Assembly (NCBI GenBank): GCA_001938485.1
Contig: MQRK01187214.1
Span: 10,324-69,413, forward strand
Source of the DNA: Girardia tigrina
Taxonomy: Eukaryota
Reading direction: 5' to 3'
Length of the DNA: 59,090 bases
Positions within the stretch are counted from its first letter, which is position 1. Every line of letters begins with the position of its first letter. A program made the translations under genes and the position numbers. Shown piece after piece: positions 1-12,100 of the stretch. The notes under the pieces were generated by a model. That model did no database searches. It worked only from the letters and a program-made list of their open reading frames with translations, and was not told where the DNA came from.

Positions 1-1672
1 GAGTAATATATATATATATATATACTAAATTACAGAGATATATCTTAAATAATAGAAAAGATAGGGCTTTATTTAAAAAAGTGATAATTATATGACTCAG
101 ACTGTATATATATATATATGTATAAATAATGTTTTTTTAAATACATATGATGGTTTTTAGTTATGTAATGAAATTTAGGTTACTCCACTCTTCAAATTTC
201 CTCATTTCGCATATTTGAATGTGGTTTACATATATCTACGGCTATGAGATCGCTTGTTGTATGAGTCAATTTGGCTCACTTCAGTAAAAATAGTTATATT
301 ATCAACCATCGTAAATCTAGTGTTAATAGTATTTAAATTAAATTTCTGAGGTGTATATATATGTATGAAGGAAATTAAATTTTCTAAATAATAACATAAT
401 GTAAAAGTAATAAGAAATGTAAAAATATTAGTTGGTTTGTTAATGATAATTAAAGAATTTTGTGTATAAAGTAAAAACCGCGAACAAAAAAGGAATTCCT
501 CTCAACGAAATAATTAATTACTCAAAAATTACTGAGAAAACCTTTCGTTATAGTAATTTTCTTCAAATTTGATGTTTTTTCTTTTACTTCATTGATTCTG
601 CCTCGATAATGAGCAGAAATATTATCATAAGCAACGTGAAAAATTCTGAATGATAAATATATTACTGAAATAATATTACCAGTGAAAAATAACAGAAGAA
701 AGGGTTAGGTTAGTTGGAAATGGGTTAGACATGCTAGGTGTCAACTTGATCTATCCTTATAGTCGATGTGCAGCTGAACTTCGATGTCTTTTATCTGAAT
801 TTTGCTTTAATCTCACTTATGATTTTTTGTTTTATTGCGGAAAATGCACCAGATACACATATTCAGTATTTTTAACCCTAAACTTTAAGCAGTACATGTT
901 GTAAGGAGCTGGTTTTTTTCTGCTGCATTCTTAACATATGTAAGTGACATGAATCAAGTGATGGAATGTTCTAAGAAACCATTTTTTAAACGCAAGGAAA
1001 TAAACGTAAGCATCTGGTCAGGTGATTATTACAAACTTTCAATGCTTCCGGACAGTCTATCTCAATATTAATATTTATTCTACAATAATATGAATTTATG
1101 GGTTTATATATTTTATGATATATTTTATAAAAAGAGTTTTAGGTTGATGAATAATTTTGATTTTGAAATAAAAATAGGATACTAAATATTTGTGATAACT
1201 CTATCTGGGATAACAAATACAAAAAATACAAAAACATCAGGATGAAAATCTAAGAAAAAGATAAAATACACCGTAAAGTATAGTTCGATCCGATATTGTC
1301 AAATGGAAATTATAAATGTGCATTAAAATTTATGAATAAAATCAATAAGACCTCAAGGTGAAATATGTTGAAAGAATAGTTTTGTCCAAGGAGCTATACC
1401 AAGAAGAGATTGATGAACTCAAGAATGAATAAGAGTATGTAACCGACAAAACAAGTAAAAGATTGACTAAATTCATAAATAAAATCTGTGATTTAAACCA
1501 ATCCTTTACAAATGAAAATTTTTACAGGTGTAACAAGAAGAAAGAACTGATAACACTTCTGAAAACGAACATACGCAAATATTGAAGAAGAATATTTCAT
1601 TTGTAAATTTAATCAAAAAGGGAAATGTTGTTAGAACGAAAATGTAAATTCCGAAAGAAGACAGTTTGTAGG

Positions 1673-2112
1673 TGTGAGGAATATTTGAATGTTTTATGTT
1701 TTGTGTTTGAATGTGTATGTTGATTTGGAAATGTGTCTCTCCTACACAGATGGATGATTAATATTTTAATTCTTATTATATAAAAATATGTAATGTTTAA
1801 ATTTATTTTTAATTTCAAATAATTTTAAAATTTTAAATAAGTTAATTAATTTTTATAATATTTAATAAATAAATCAAATTAATATTTTTTAAATAATTAA
1901 TTATCATTTTAATTATTATTCAATAAGTTTTGAGTGAATATTTTATTTAAATATTTATTTCCCCATTTTCTAAAAAGGTAATGAGAATTTAACCATTAAT
2001 CAATTTTCGCTTTGAATGCGAATGTACGAAAGTTTTGACAAAGATTCTCTTGAGGACAATCAAAATTGTTGTTTAAATAAAAATATAAAAAATCAAATTG
2101 GTGTTCTTAATA
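1673..2112 (+). repeat. Solo LTR, TGTGAGGAATA family (TG...TA termini)
   Basis: Flanked by a perfect 5-bp TSD GTAGG (1668-1672 and 2113-2117). Its 5' part is homologous to the LTR preceding gag at 21376. Confidence 0.85.
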
Positions 2113-2879
2113 GTAGGTAAAAACTTAATGAAAAAATGCAGATTTAGAAACTTTAGAAAAGAAAATACAATTGGTTGTTGATTTAATACAAGTTGATTTA
2201 TCTTTTGTAGGTAAAAAAAATCAAAAGAAACTATTGTTCATTTATTAATGCATGAATGAGAATTTCTATCTCCTTTGTTAGAGCATCAACTCAGAGCATC
2301 CGACGTATATTATGAAGAAATTTAAACTACCTTTTTAATTCTAACAAAAATCACCGTCACACTACAAATAATTTTGTAATTTTAAAACATTTCAAATAAA
2401 ATTGGGTAACGCAAACCCTTAACTAATAAAATAAATTGGGATTTATGTTTTCTTAGGTAATCTTTACCAAAATACGTCAAAAGATATGTGTAGACCCTGA
2501 AATTCGGTATTTCCTTTTAAATTTAGTATAAAATTCTCAATGGACTATAAAATTTAATTTTTATTTTAATCATTTATTTATATTATACAAACAAATAAAA
2601 AATATATAATGTTTTTTAAAATATCTGATCTCAAACAAGAATTAAGTGACTCTAAATTCTGAGGTTTCTGAATCTAAATCAAAATTATTAAATTAAATGT
2701 GGGCGGTGTCGTCGAAAAGTCTGTATGAACTTGAATTTTGTATGTGAAAGAAGTACATATTTCGTGGTTATTCAGTTTAACATGATATATAATCTTGAAA
2801 ATCGCAGTGTAATAAGGTTTTTCATTTTTAAGAAAAATTGAACCTGTTGAAAAATGGGGTAACTTAGTGAGGCATATAA

Positions 2880-3900
2880 TAAAGGACTACAACTTACAAG
2901 TTGAATAAAGAATTGAAGTGTGACAGACGAATGTCCTTGATGAGGAAAGAAGCTGTAGATTACGAGAAATTGGTTGAGAAAAATTAGAAAAACTTAAGAA
3001 TACTATGTAAAATGAACGGAAAGCGACGAAGGAACAACTTGCAAATGCCTTAATATGCCTCAAGAAATTATATTTCCAGTTTATGTAGTACTTTCTCATC
3101 ACAGATATGTGGGAGATCTAACGTCAGTGATGTAAAGAAAACCTAACATTAATACTAACGATTCTTGGATAATATTATAAGAGATGACGAAAAGCCACTT
3201 TACATCTACGTCTCAGAAAATAGAAGATTCTAAAAAGAACGACAAGACATATATTATATGAGCAGTTGGATGTACGGAGATAATTTTCTCTTAGTAGTGA
3301 AATGTAATCATGACCATTTTTAGGATTTGCGTGGTGTTGTTTTCCATCATTTTTAGTATGAAGGTAACAAAATCTATGGAGAATATAACGCACATGTTTT
3401 TAAGGAAGCCATTAAGAAGAGGTGGAAGCCATACGGCAAAAGACTGCTCTTACTCCACAAGAAATCCGCTGTGGTCCAGCAGTGCATGTAACCGACTTAA
3501 CAGTCTTCTGAAACGTTTCAATATTAAAATTTACCCGAATAAAAATATAGACCAACATTAGGCTAATATTGTATAGAGTTCCAACTCACTTAACTAAGAT
3601 GAAAGATGAAAGGTAGCACATTAAAATTAAAAAATTCCATATTAAGAAGGATTTTTAAGATTTAAGAATAACATTTCAGTCCACTTGAAATAATATTTGG
3701 GATGAAAATACACAGGGAAAGATGGTATGAGCAGGATGTAAAGAATTTTCGAAAAAATACTAAAGAAACATCAATCAGAAGAGGCTTCGAGGTCAAAGGT
3801 AAAGTACAAAGTGGAATCAGGAATGAAAGAAAGAGACAAATACGAAGGGTCATAAAAAGTGATGGAGAAAACACATGTCAGAATATACAAGCTCAGACAT
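2880..3900 (+). mobile_element. Heavily decayed non-LTR retrotransposon 3' remnant
   Basis: Stop-ridden purine-rich frames with weak RT C-terminal-like peptides (e.g. RWYEQDVKNF); no intact motif. Confidence 0.3.
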
Positions 3901-4489
3901 GAAAATGAAAGAATTTTGAATCGAAATGTGGAGAAATTGCGAAAATTCTTAAAGAAATGGGATATGAAAATTTAGTCAAAATTTTCAATTCGCCGAAAAA
4001 TTTATTATTTTTTTAATTAAAAATTTTGACAAAAATTAAATAATTGATAAAATTAAAATTAGGATAAAGTTTAGGATGAATATTTAAATGAAATTAATTA
4101 AAGATTTGGCCAAATGAAAAATTTAGTTAACGAAAATTTGTTTGAAAATCTGTTTGTTTTAATAATAAATTTTGTGTTGAATATGAATTGTGAACATGCT
4201 GATAATGAAAATGGCATAAACGCGACTATCACTGATACAGTAATTTTCGGCAAAGGTTAGGTTTTCGTGAGGAAACCATAACATACAAATTCAATGATAA
4301 ATACACCAGGCAAATCTAGACATGCTCATCTATATCCAAATAATGATATTTGGATTAATTTTTCTATTGAATTTTTCGGTTTTAATTATATTTTAAAATA
4401 ATTTTCGGTAAATATCGCTTTGTGATTATTATTTTTATTGTTTTAATAATTATTTGTTGTTTTCTGAGGTTTTTGAAATCTGATTGAAA

Positions 4490-5806
4490 AAATGTCTAGA
4501 AAATGACGAAACAGTACTGGAATACTTTATTATATATGTGCCGAAAAAAGTGTGACTTTTCTAGTTAGAAAGAGCTATGAGCTCTAATTAGGATATAAGG
4601 TTCTGGATTATTACAAATCATGAGCTTCTTATGTTTGTTGTACATTCTGTATTGTTAACCTCAGAGCATGGTTTAAAGGTAATGAGACTTCTTTGTCGTT
4701 TGAAACACCTATAGTATGGCGTGAACCTAAGGATCATGTGATAGACTGATGAATTAAGTAACCAAATTTACTATCGGCAATAAATCAGTGATAACACAAA
4801 AATGATATTAAATTGCATAAAGTACAGCAAATATAACTGTAGCACATGTGTGCATTTGAAAATGGTTGCAATTTTTCTGGGACTACAGTTCGAACTAACC
4901 AAATACTGCGGCTTCATATGTAAGTGGGACAGCCTAGTAAGAACTTCACACTATGTAAGAAAGATTGACCTCTGGTAAAAGTTTTGTAACATGACAGAAG
5001 AACATTTCCATTAACTACTCAGTGATCCAAAAAATATTCTTTTACTCTAATTTCATATCAAACTTGGGTTTATGAAAAACTTTATTAATAAAATTAATAA
5101 GGAAGGAGAATGATTTTAATATCTAAAAAGGGTGTTTCCCCGCATCAGTGATACAAACATTAACGAAGAAAGTTTTGTTAGACCAGATATTAGGAAAGGT
5201 TTTAGTGACAAACATTTTGAAGGACTGTTATAAGGATCCGAGCTTATGACGATGAATGAGTTCAAAGATGTAGTGCAGATCTTTTTCAGTAACAACAAGG
5301 CTTTAAACTATGAAGAGCTGGTTAAATATCTGATTAATACATATATGCAGATGAAATGTAACATATCCCTCAAAATACATTCAAATCTAGATTTTTTTCC
5401 AATAAATCTTGCTGATGTCAGTGACGAACATGGAGAAAGATTCCCCTAAGACATTATCGTAATGGAGAGAAGGTTTCAGGACAACTGGAATTTGTGTTGT
5501 TAGTTAACTACTGCTGAAATCTATTCAGGGATAAACCAGACAAAGGTTACAAGAAAAATCTTTTGCAAAACATTTTAACTTTACAGTTACAATAAAATAT
5601 TTTGTTTCAACAAGAATTCTTTCTTTTGTGTTTCATTTGTGTTTGCTGTATAATTATATGATTATGATATAGAAAAAAAAACAATTCTCAGCGATGGTAC
5701 ATGATAGGGCAATTTGAATACAAATTTGAAATTAGCACCGAAAAATTCGCTGTGAAAAACTATTTTTGAACAGGAAGCAGAAAAAATTAAAATTTGTTCC
5801 CCAATG
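4490..5806 (+). mobile_element. Degenerate CMC/Chapaev3-like DNA transposon
   Basis: Transposase peptides PIVWREPKDHV, HIKLGFMKNF and CNISLKIHSNLDFFP..L.DVSDEHGERF; right end ...TTTGTTCCCCAATG resembles a CACTG-type terminal inverted repeat (TIR). Confidence 0.75.
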
Positions 5807-5963
5807 CTCTTAAAAATTTAGGTCTACTGTTTCACGACTAATATTCTATTTTTTATTATATTTTTTACCATTTATGACTAAAAATCAAAGTCTTGAACAG
5901 AATATATTTGTAACTTATTATTAAAATTTATATTTTTCAAAATTAAATATAAACGAAAATAGT

Positions 5964-6164
5964 CTATTTCGATTTGTTCACCAAAGCATTGTATCTCTGA
6001 ATTTTATACTGCTCCCATTTGATTCTCGTTTTGTAATTTTCAAGAAATACTTGTTCAGATGGATATTGAGTTAAGCCTTGACGAATATCTTTGATAAGAT
6101 CCTCATTTGAGTACATAGCAAGAAATTTCTTCGATATGAGAACCATTTCAGCTTTCTTGGATAT
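5964..6164 (-). CDS. CNBD2-like terminal exon (ISKKAEMVLISKKF...YPSE...WEQYK...*)
   Basis: Extends ORF 5964..6146 upstream to an AG acceptor; ends in TAG. Confidence 0.88.
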   Translation of the reverse strand: MSKKAEMVLISKKFLAMYSNEDLIKDIRQGLTQYPSEQVFLENYKTRIKWEQYKIQRYNALVNKSK

Positions 6165-9100
6165 CTTAATATAGTAAACAAATTTTAAATCATTATCTTT
6201 TTATCAATTATTTATTCTATTTTATCTCAATAAAAATACTTTTCAAACTGTATTAAGTGTTGAAAATGTTGAAAAATAAAAATATGATAAAACATTAAAT
6301 TTATTGTCAAAGCATAATTTATGTTTAAAAAAGATTTAGAAGAAAAACCTTAACAAGTTAATGTACTGGCCACCGGATCGAGCTGTGGAGACCAGCACCT
6401 CTTTAATGTACGAGAAATTGTAGCTCGGCTGGACGGATCAGCCGGTCTAGGGTCGATCAGGATTTGATTAGACCCGACCGGTGCGGTTCAGAGTACCGCT
6501 AAGTAACGGTTTCTCGTCCGAATCGCCATGGCTTACCTGACCGCGTTCCCATCTCTGTAAACGCCGATGCCATTCAAAAAAGTGGAGGTTCACTCGGTTC
6601 GTCGAGACGTGGCTCGATTACGTGTTAGGTGATGTTGCAGGGATCCGCCATGCGTCGTCGAATTGTGTTAAAGATATCTTTATTCAGGTTATTGACGTTA
6701 TTGCTATCAGATATTGTTGATTGGTGACTCATCGAGAGACATAAGTTGAGCCTTGTGTGTGAGCCGAGTTGTCAAATTAATGATTAAATGATATAGTTCT
6801 CTCTGATTGGTCAACTAATCAGTGAAAACTTCTTCAGACAATAATTTAGTGATTGAAAATAATCACTTCTTTAACCAATTGATTTTTTGTACGAATCGTT
6901 TTCGCATTCCAATTTCAATTTCAACGAAAATTAATTTCCATTGACGAGATGTTTTAAATGAATTTATTTTTATAAATCTTTTTACTTTCTCGAATTAAAG
7001 AAATTTTTGATAGAAAACTTTTTCGATTTCTCAATCAAAATTTTTAGATACGAATTTTTAATGAATATTTTGAGTCTGATTTTAATTGCGAACGATCTTT
7101 TTAAGATTGGTGTTGAAAATAATTTATTTTGAGATGAAATTTTTATATTTACGAATTTAATTTCTTGAACTTTGATTGACTTTATCGAGCGAATTGGTGT
7201 TAAGACGAATTTGATGAATTTCGAAAAGAATTCGAATATATTTTTAAATTGACTTTTATTAATTTGGTAAAAATATCTCTTTTAGAAAAAATAAGCCGAA
7301 TAAAATAAGAAAAATATAAGTCCCTCTAATATTAATGATTCAATGAAAATGGGACCAACACGAGCCGCATCCAAGCCTCAGCCATGACTTTACTACCACT
7401 AGTCAGTCGCTAGGGATACATCGAACTGTACCGAACAGACATTAAAAAGGACAAGTATTATTTTGACTCAAATATGTCGAAGTAGAGACAACATTTACCT
7501 TTTTATTTGAAAATATATTCCTAAGACAATTTTTAAAGAAATGATCATATTTTTTATTACTTTAAATTAACCAAGCTTAATTAAAATTAATTAAAATAAC
7601 CAATGTGACTGAAGCCATGTTTTCAGTTCTGATTTGATCCTCAGAAGAAAATATCACGCTGGATAGGCCCTAAAAATTTATAAAAAACTTAAGTATTATT
7701 TTTCAAATTATTGTAATTTAAAGAAAGAGTACAATTAGAATTATTCAAATTAAAAATTTTTCACTGATGCATTATGAAGGAGATGTCTAAAATAATTGTC
7801 TATAATTATATATTTATTCTTAAGACAGAGTTTAATGATGCATTTTCCTTCTGTTTTTGTGATTTTTCTAGTTTCACGGAAGCGTAATTTTTTGAAGGAA
7901 AGAAAATAAAAATTTCACTACAACATAAAGTAACAAAAAGTAAAGAAGCATGGTAAAACTTTCATTTTTAAATAGACTTGATTTTTAAATTCTATCTAAT
8001 AATTAAAAAATTAATTTAATAATAGAAACTTGAAATTTTCATTATTTAAATAAAATTAAAAAAATAATTAAAGTATTTTTTTTCGAATTTTTACTAAAAA
8101 ATAAATAAAAACAATTTTTTAACAATTTTAATAATTGTTAAATATTTAAAATTAAATTACAGAAATATCACTCAATGTGAAATACATTTAAGAGTATAAT
8201 TTTTATAATAATTTAAAAGTTCATTTTATTATATATATATACTGTAGATTCTCAGGTTCAAGTTCAAAAATGTTTATTCAATTTTTCTTATAATTTGTCT
8301 CTAACTTTTTTATAATAGTTCTTCTTCTAAACATTACCTTTTACTTAACCTTTCTACAAATAAAAATCCGTCTGTTTTGTGTTTAAATTTAAATTATTTT
8401 GCTGATAAATGTTTAAATAAATTCTTCTATCAAACATTGACTGAAGTGAATTTCATAAAATATTAAGATCCTTTTTCTTTTACTAAATGAAATTGTTGGT
8501 TTTAAATTTAACATTTTATTTACTTTTTTGTAATACACTTTGATCATAGACGACTTATTAGGTTTTACTTTAGGAACGGTATTCGTATAGAAACAAACTT
8601 CTTTTTTTTTAAAAATTTATATTTTTTGAACATATTCTCAATATACACATTTAAATGATTAGCTTTATTTATTTAATTTATTTTTAATGTTTCATGAATT
8701 AATAATGAATATTTAAAAAAATATTGAAAATAGAAACTACAAGTTAAGGTATAATTATTATTAAAAACAACACGCATTTATTAAAAAAATGATTTTTATT
8801 ACTTTATATTTCTACGGATCATCCGACTTCGTCTGAATACTGAAATATGTTTTGAATTACCTTTAAAAATCTAAAATAGAGGTTAGATAATCGAGGGCAT
8901 AAAATTATGTAAATCGATACAAAAAGGTGGAAGGAAAACCAATTCAATAGATGAAAGCGGCGGCGCAGAGTGGCTTGAGACATTGTCGATAATTAGGAAA
9001 ATCTTGCGATTTTTCGTGTCATTTGCTGATCGAATTTAGTAAGCCACTCATACCAAAGAGAGCGATTAATCCAATCTTTGTTAATACTAGCATATTGTAG

Positions 9101-12100
9101 TGGAAGTCTCGCTAAAATCGATAAAAAAGAGAACAGGCGTATCATATGTAAATTTTCGTTAAGGTGGGGTTTTGATTTTATAAAATGTGAAGGCAACGTT
9201 GGTTAAATCGAGGTTTTCGTTAATACGGGGTTCTTTAAATCAGGGTTCCACTGTATTGACAAAAATAATTTAAACGTTTGAAAACCTAATTGAAAAATAA
9301 AATTTAATTTAGGTAATTTTATCGGCAAAAAATATTAATGTTTTTATATTAAGTTTAATAATGATAATAATTGAAGAAAATTCAATTCACAAAGAAATAT
9401 TTATCTTGATCGAATGTGAGAAATTTGAATTAAATTTTTAAAATGTGATTATTTTGATAAATTAATTCAAACAGAAATAAAAATGAAAAATCATTTTCAA
9501 ATAGGAAAATCTCATGTCGGTATTCACCCAGAAATATTAAATAAATTGACCAAAAAGATCAATCAGATATTGTCATCTTGATTTCGCATCATCAATTTTT
9601 GTATATAAATTTAATAAAAATATTAAAAACTATAATAATACCAATAATAATAATAATAATAATTGTTTTGCGATGATTGATTGATGATGCTTTCTCGTTC
9701 TAAATGTTATTACTTTTTAATCGAATTGTCATTTTTTATAATAAATGGATCTAATATGATAATTGCAAAGGTTCAGCAAGCTGAGCGGGCACGGAGGAAG
9801 CACCAAAGCATAGTCCGAAGCACAAAATTCATCAAAAGAAGCTGATGGTGAGTGTTCACTGCAGTAGATGTTTACTGCAACCATTTGGAAGATATAATGC
9901 GGAATGTAAAAGAAAAACAGCCGCGTTTGGTAAACAGGTGAACTCCTATTTTGCTACATGACAATACAAAGCTCCAACTGCAAGTAAGACAGTGACAAAG
10001 CCACAGGAACTTGATTTTGAATTTCTGTATCATCCTCCATACTCACCAGACCTAATCCCAACTGACTACAATCTCTACCTAAATTTGAGTAACTTTTTGA
10101 TAAGAAAAAATTCCATTCCTAAGTTCCTGTACAAATGAACTTACAGAAATTTATAGATTCCCGCCGAACAAATTTTTATTTAAATGGCCTCTAAAAGCTG
10201 CTGCTCAAAAGGAAAGTTTGTCAATAAAATGGGTCCATACTTTGATGAATGACATAAATATTAATAAAATTTCATCGGCTTCATTTTTGTAGTTTTCTGC
10301 ATCATATTTATCTTTCTAACCAGAACATCAGGAAATTTTTGAAAAATCAACGCTGCTTTACTGTTGTACATTTTTATTAACATTGTGACAGTCTCGAGTT
10401 AACATCTTTTATTGTAAAATAAGCATCGATAAAAGGAATAATTTTTATAACTTCATTATCTTGTTGGGTTTGCTTTCAAGAATTACAAGCTTTAAATAAT
10501 ATTTTTAATATTTTTTAACGATGATATTAATTTCCTCTATGGTATTGAAGTTTAAAAAACTAATAACAATAAAATAATAATTATAAAAAAATATTACGTA
10601 GATATCTTTGGGTACCAAATCTGTAACCTTGATGAAAACGCTGACATTTTTCATATGGTCGTCTTGATTTTGATGTTGAGATTCATCATGCAGCTGATAA
10701 TTAAAATGTTATATTATTAATAATAATGATTAAAATAACTTCATTTTTCAGATAGAAATAATCTCCCGGCTTTAACATCGTTGGGGTTCTCCAAAGTGAA
10801 CGAGTTTTAGATTCTTCAAGAAATAAATTCAAGTCAATGTGATAAGAAACCATACTCGAATTTCCAGTACACTCATTAAGTTGCATTGGTATAAAATGAT
10901 ATTCATCGAAATATTGGATCCTAGAATGAACATCATTCAAACTCATGGTATTCTCTCGGATAAGTTTTGATTCAATCGGGATCTTTAATTCTTTTATAAG
11001 TCTACAACTTCCCTAGTAATAATTTGTACTTCATATTTGTAATATAAATTGTTGATGTACACGAAAAAGATCATATAAAATAATAAAAGGAAAGTAATGT
11101 TATAAAAATTCTTCTAATACAATTTATCATGTCTATACTCTATAACAGTATTTATCAAAGTGGGTGATATCGCCCCATTGGGGGGATTGAAGCATCTTGA
11201 AGGCGATATGTAACAACAGGGCGATAGGGGGTTATCATTAATAAATATAAAAAACAATCTTTTAATACAAAATTTTAAATTTCTATGAGCGCTACTGTTT
11301 ATGTTTTTTGTTTTTAAATGAGTCGGTTTAAGCCCTACTCTGCTTTTTTTCCAAATTTAAAAAAAAAATTTCTAACATAAACGTATTTTATTGATATACC
11401 ATATTTATTTCCCTTACGCTGGGTTCTTGCTTCTATTCCAATTTATCTAACTTTCACTACCATCTGAACCTTATTTATTATAGCTACCAACTCCGGAAAG
11501 GTAAGAACATATGAAATATTAAACATGATTATCTTCATTAACTTCAAAAAAGATGGCAATTTTTTAGTAAAAACAAATAAACGCCATTTAAAAATATGTT
11601 TTTTGATAATATATTTCGATGGTTTAACCGTCATCGTCAGATCACTGATTATGTTATTTTTTATTGCTTAAAAATCATGGATTGTTTTTAATATCATGCA
11701 ACATACATCGGTCAGACTGCCCGTCATCTCTGCAAACGAGTCCAAGAACACACCCAAAGAGGGGGAAAGAATAATATTGCTGAGCATAAAAAACTTTTAA
11801 CTGTAATATGAGCATAAATGATTTTAAGATTTTGTGAAACATTTTAAAAATTATTGGGAGAGAGTGTCATGTGAAGCATTGTTGATAAGATCATGTGATC
11901 CAAAAATCAATGTTCAAACAGCACTGTCAACTAATTTGTTAAAGCGGTTTCGATTAGACTTACGTAAGTGATTGCACAATCATTAATTTTTTGTCAGAAT
12001 TAGATCAGTCGAATGTTTTGACTTATCAACACAATATTTTACCAGAATATTAACAATGAACCATCTTCTATCACGTAAACCTAAAACGTTTTCTTTCCTG

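Noticed and set aside
6547-6560. 14-mer TCCCATCTCTGTAA shared in reverse complement with 40706-40719, and 12-mer CACTCGGTTCGT shared with 43049-43060
   Set aside because: No flanking alignment; post-hoc short matches are not enough to claim homology.
10300-10560. Apparent mini-exons between short GT-AG segments
   Set aside because: The protein reads directly from DIY (10598) to GLSS (7669), and the extra segments add no recognisable cNMP-domain sequence.
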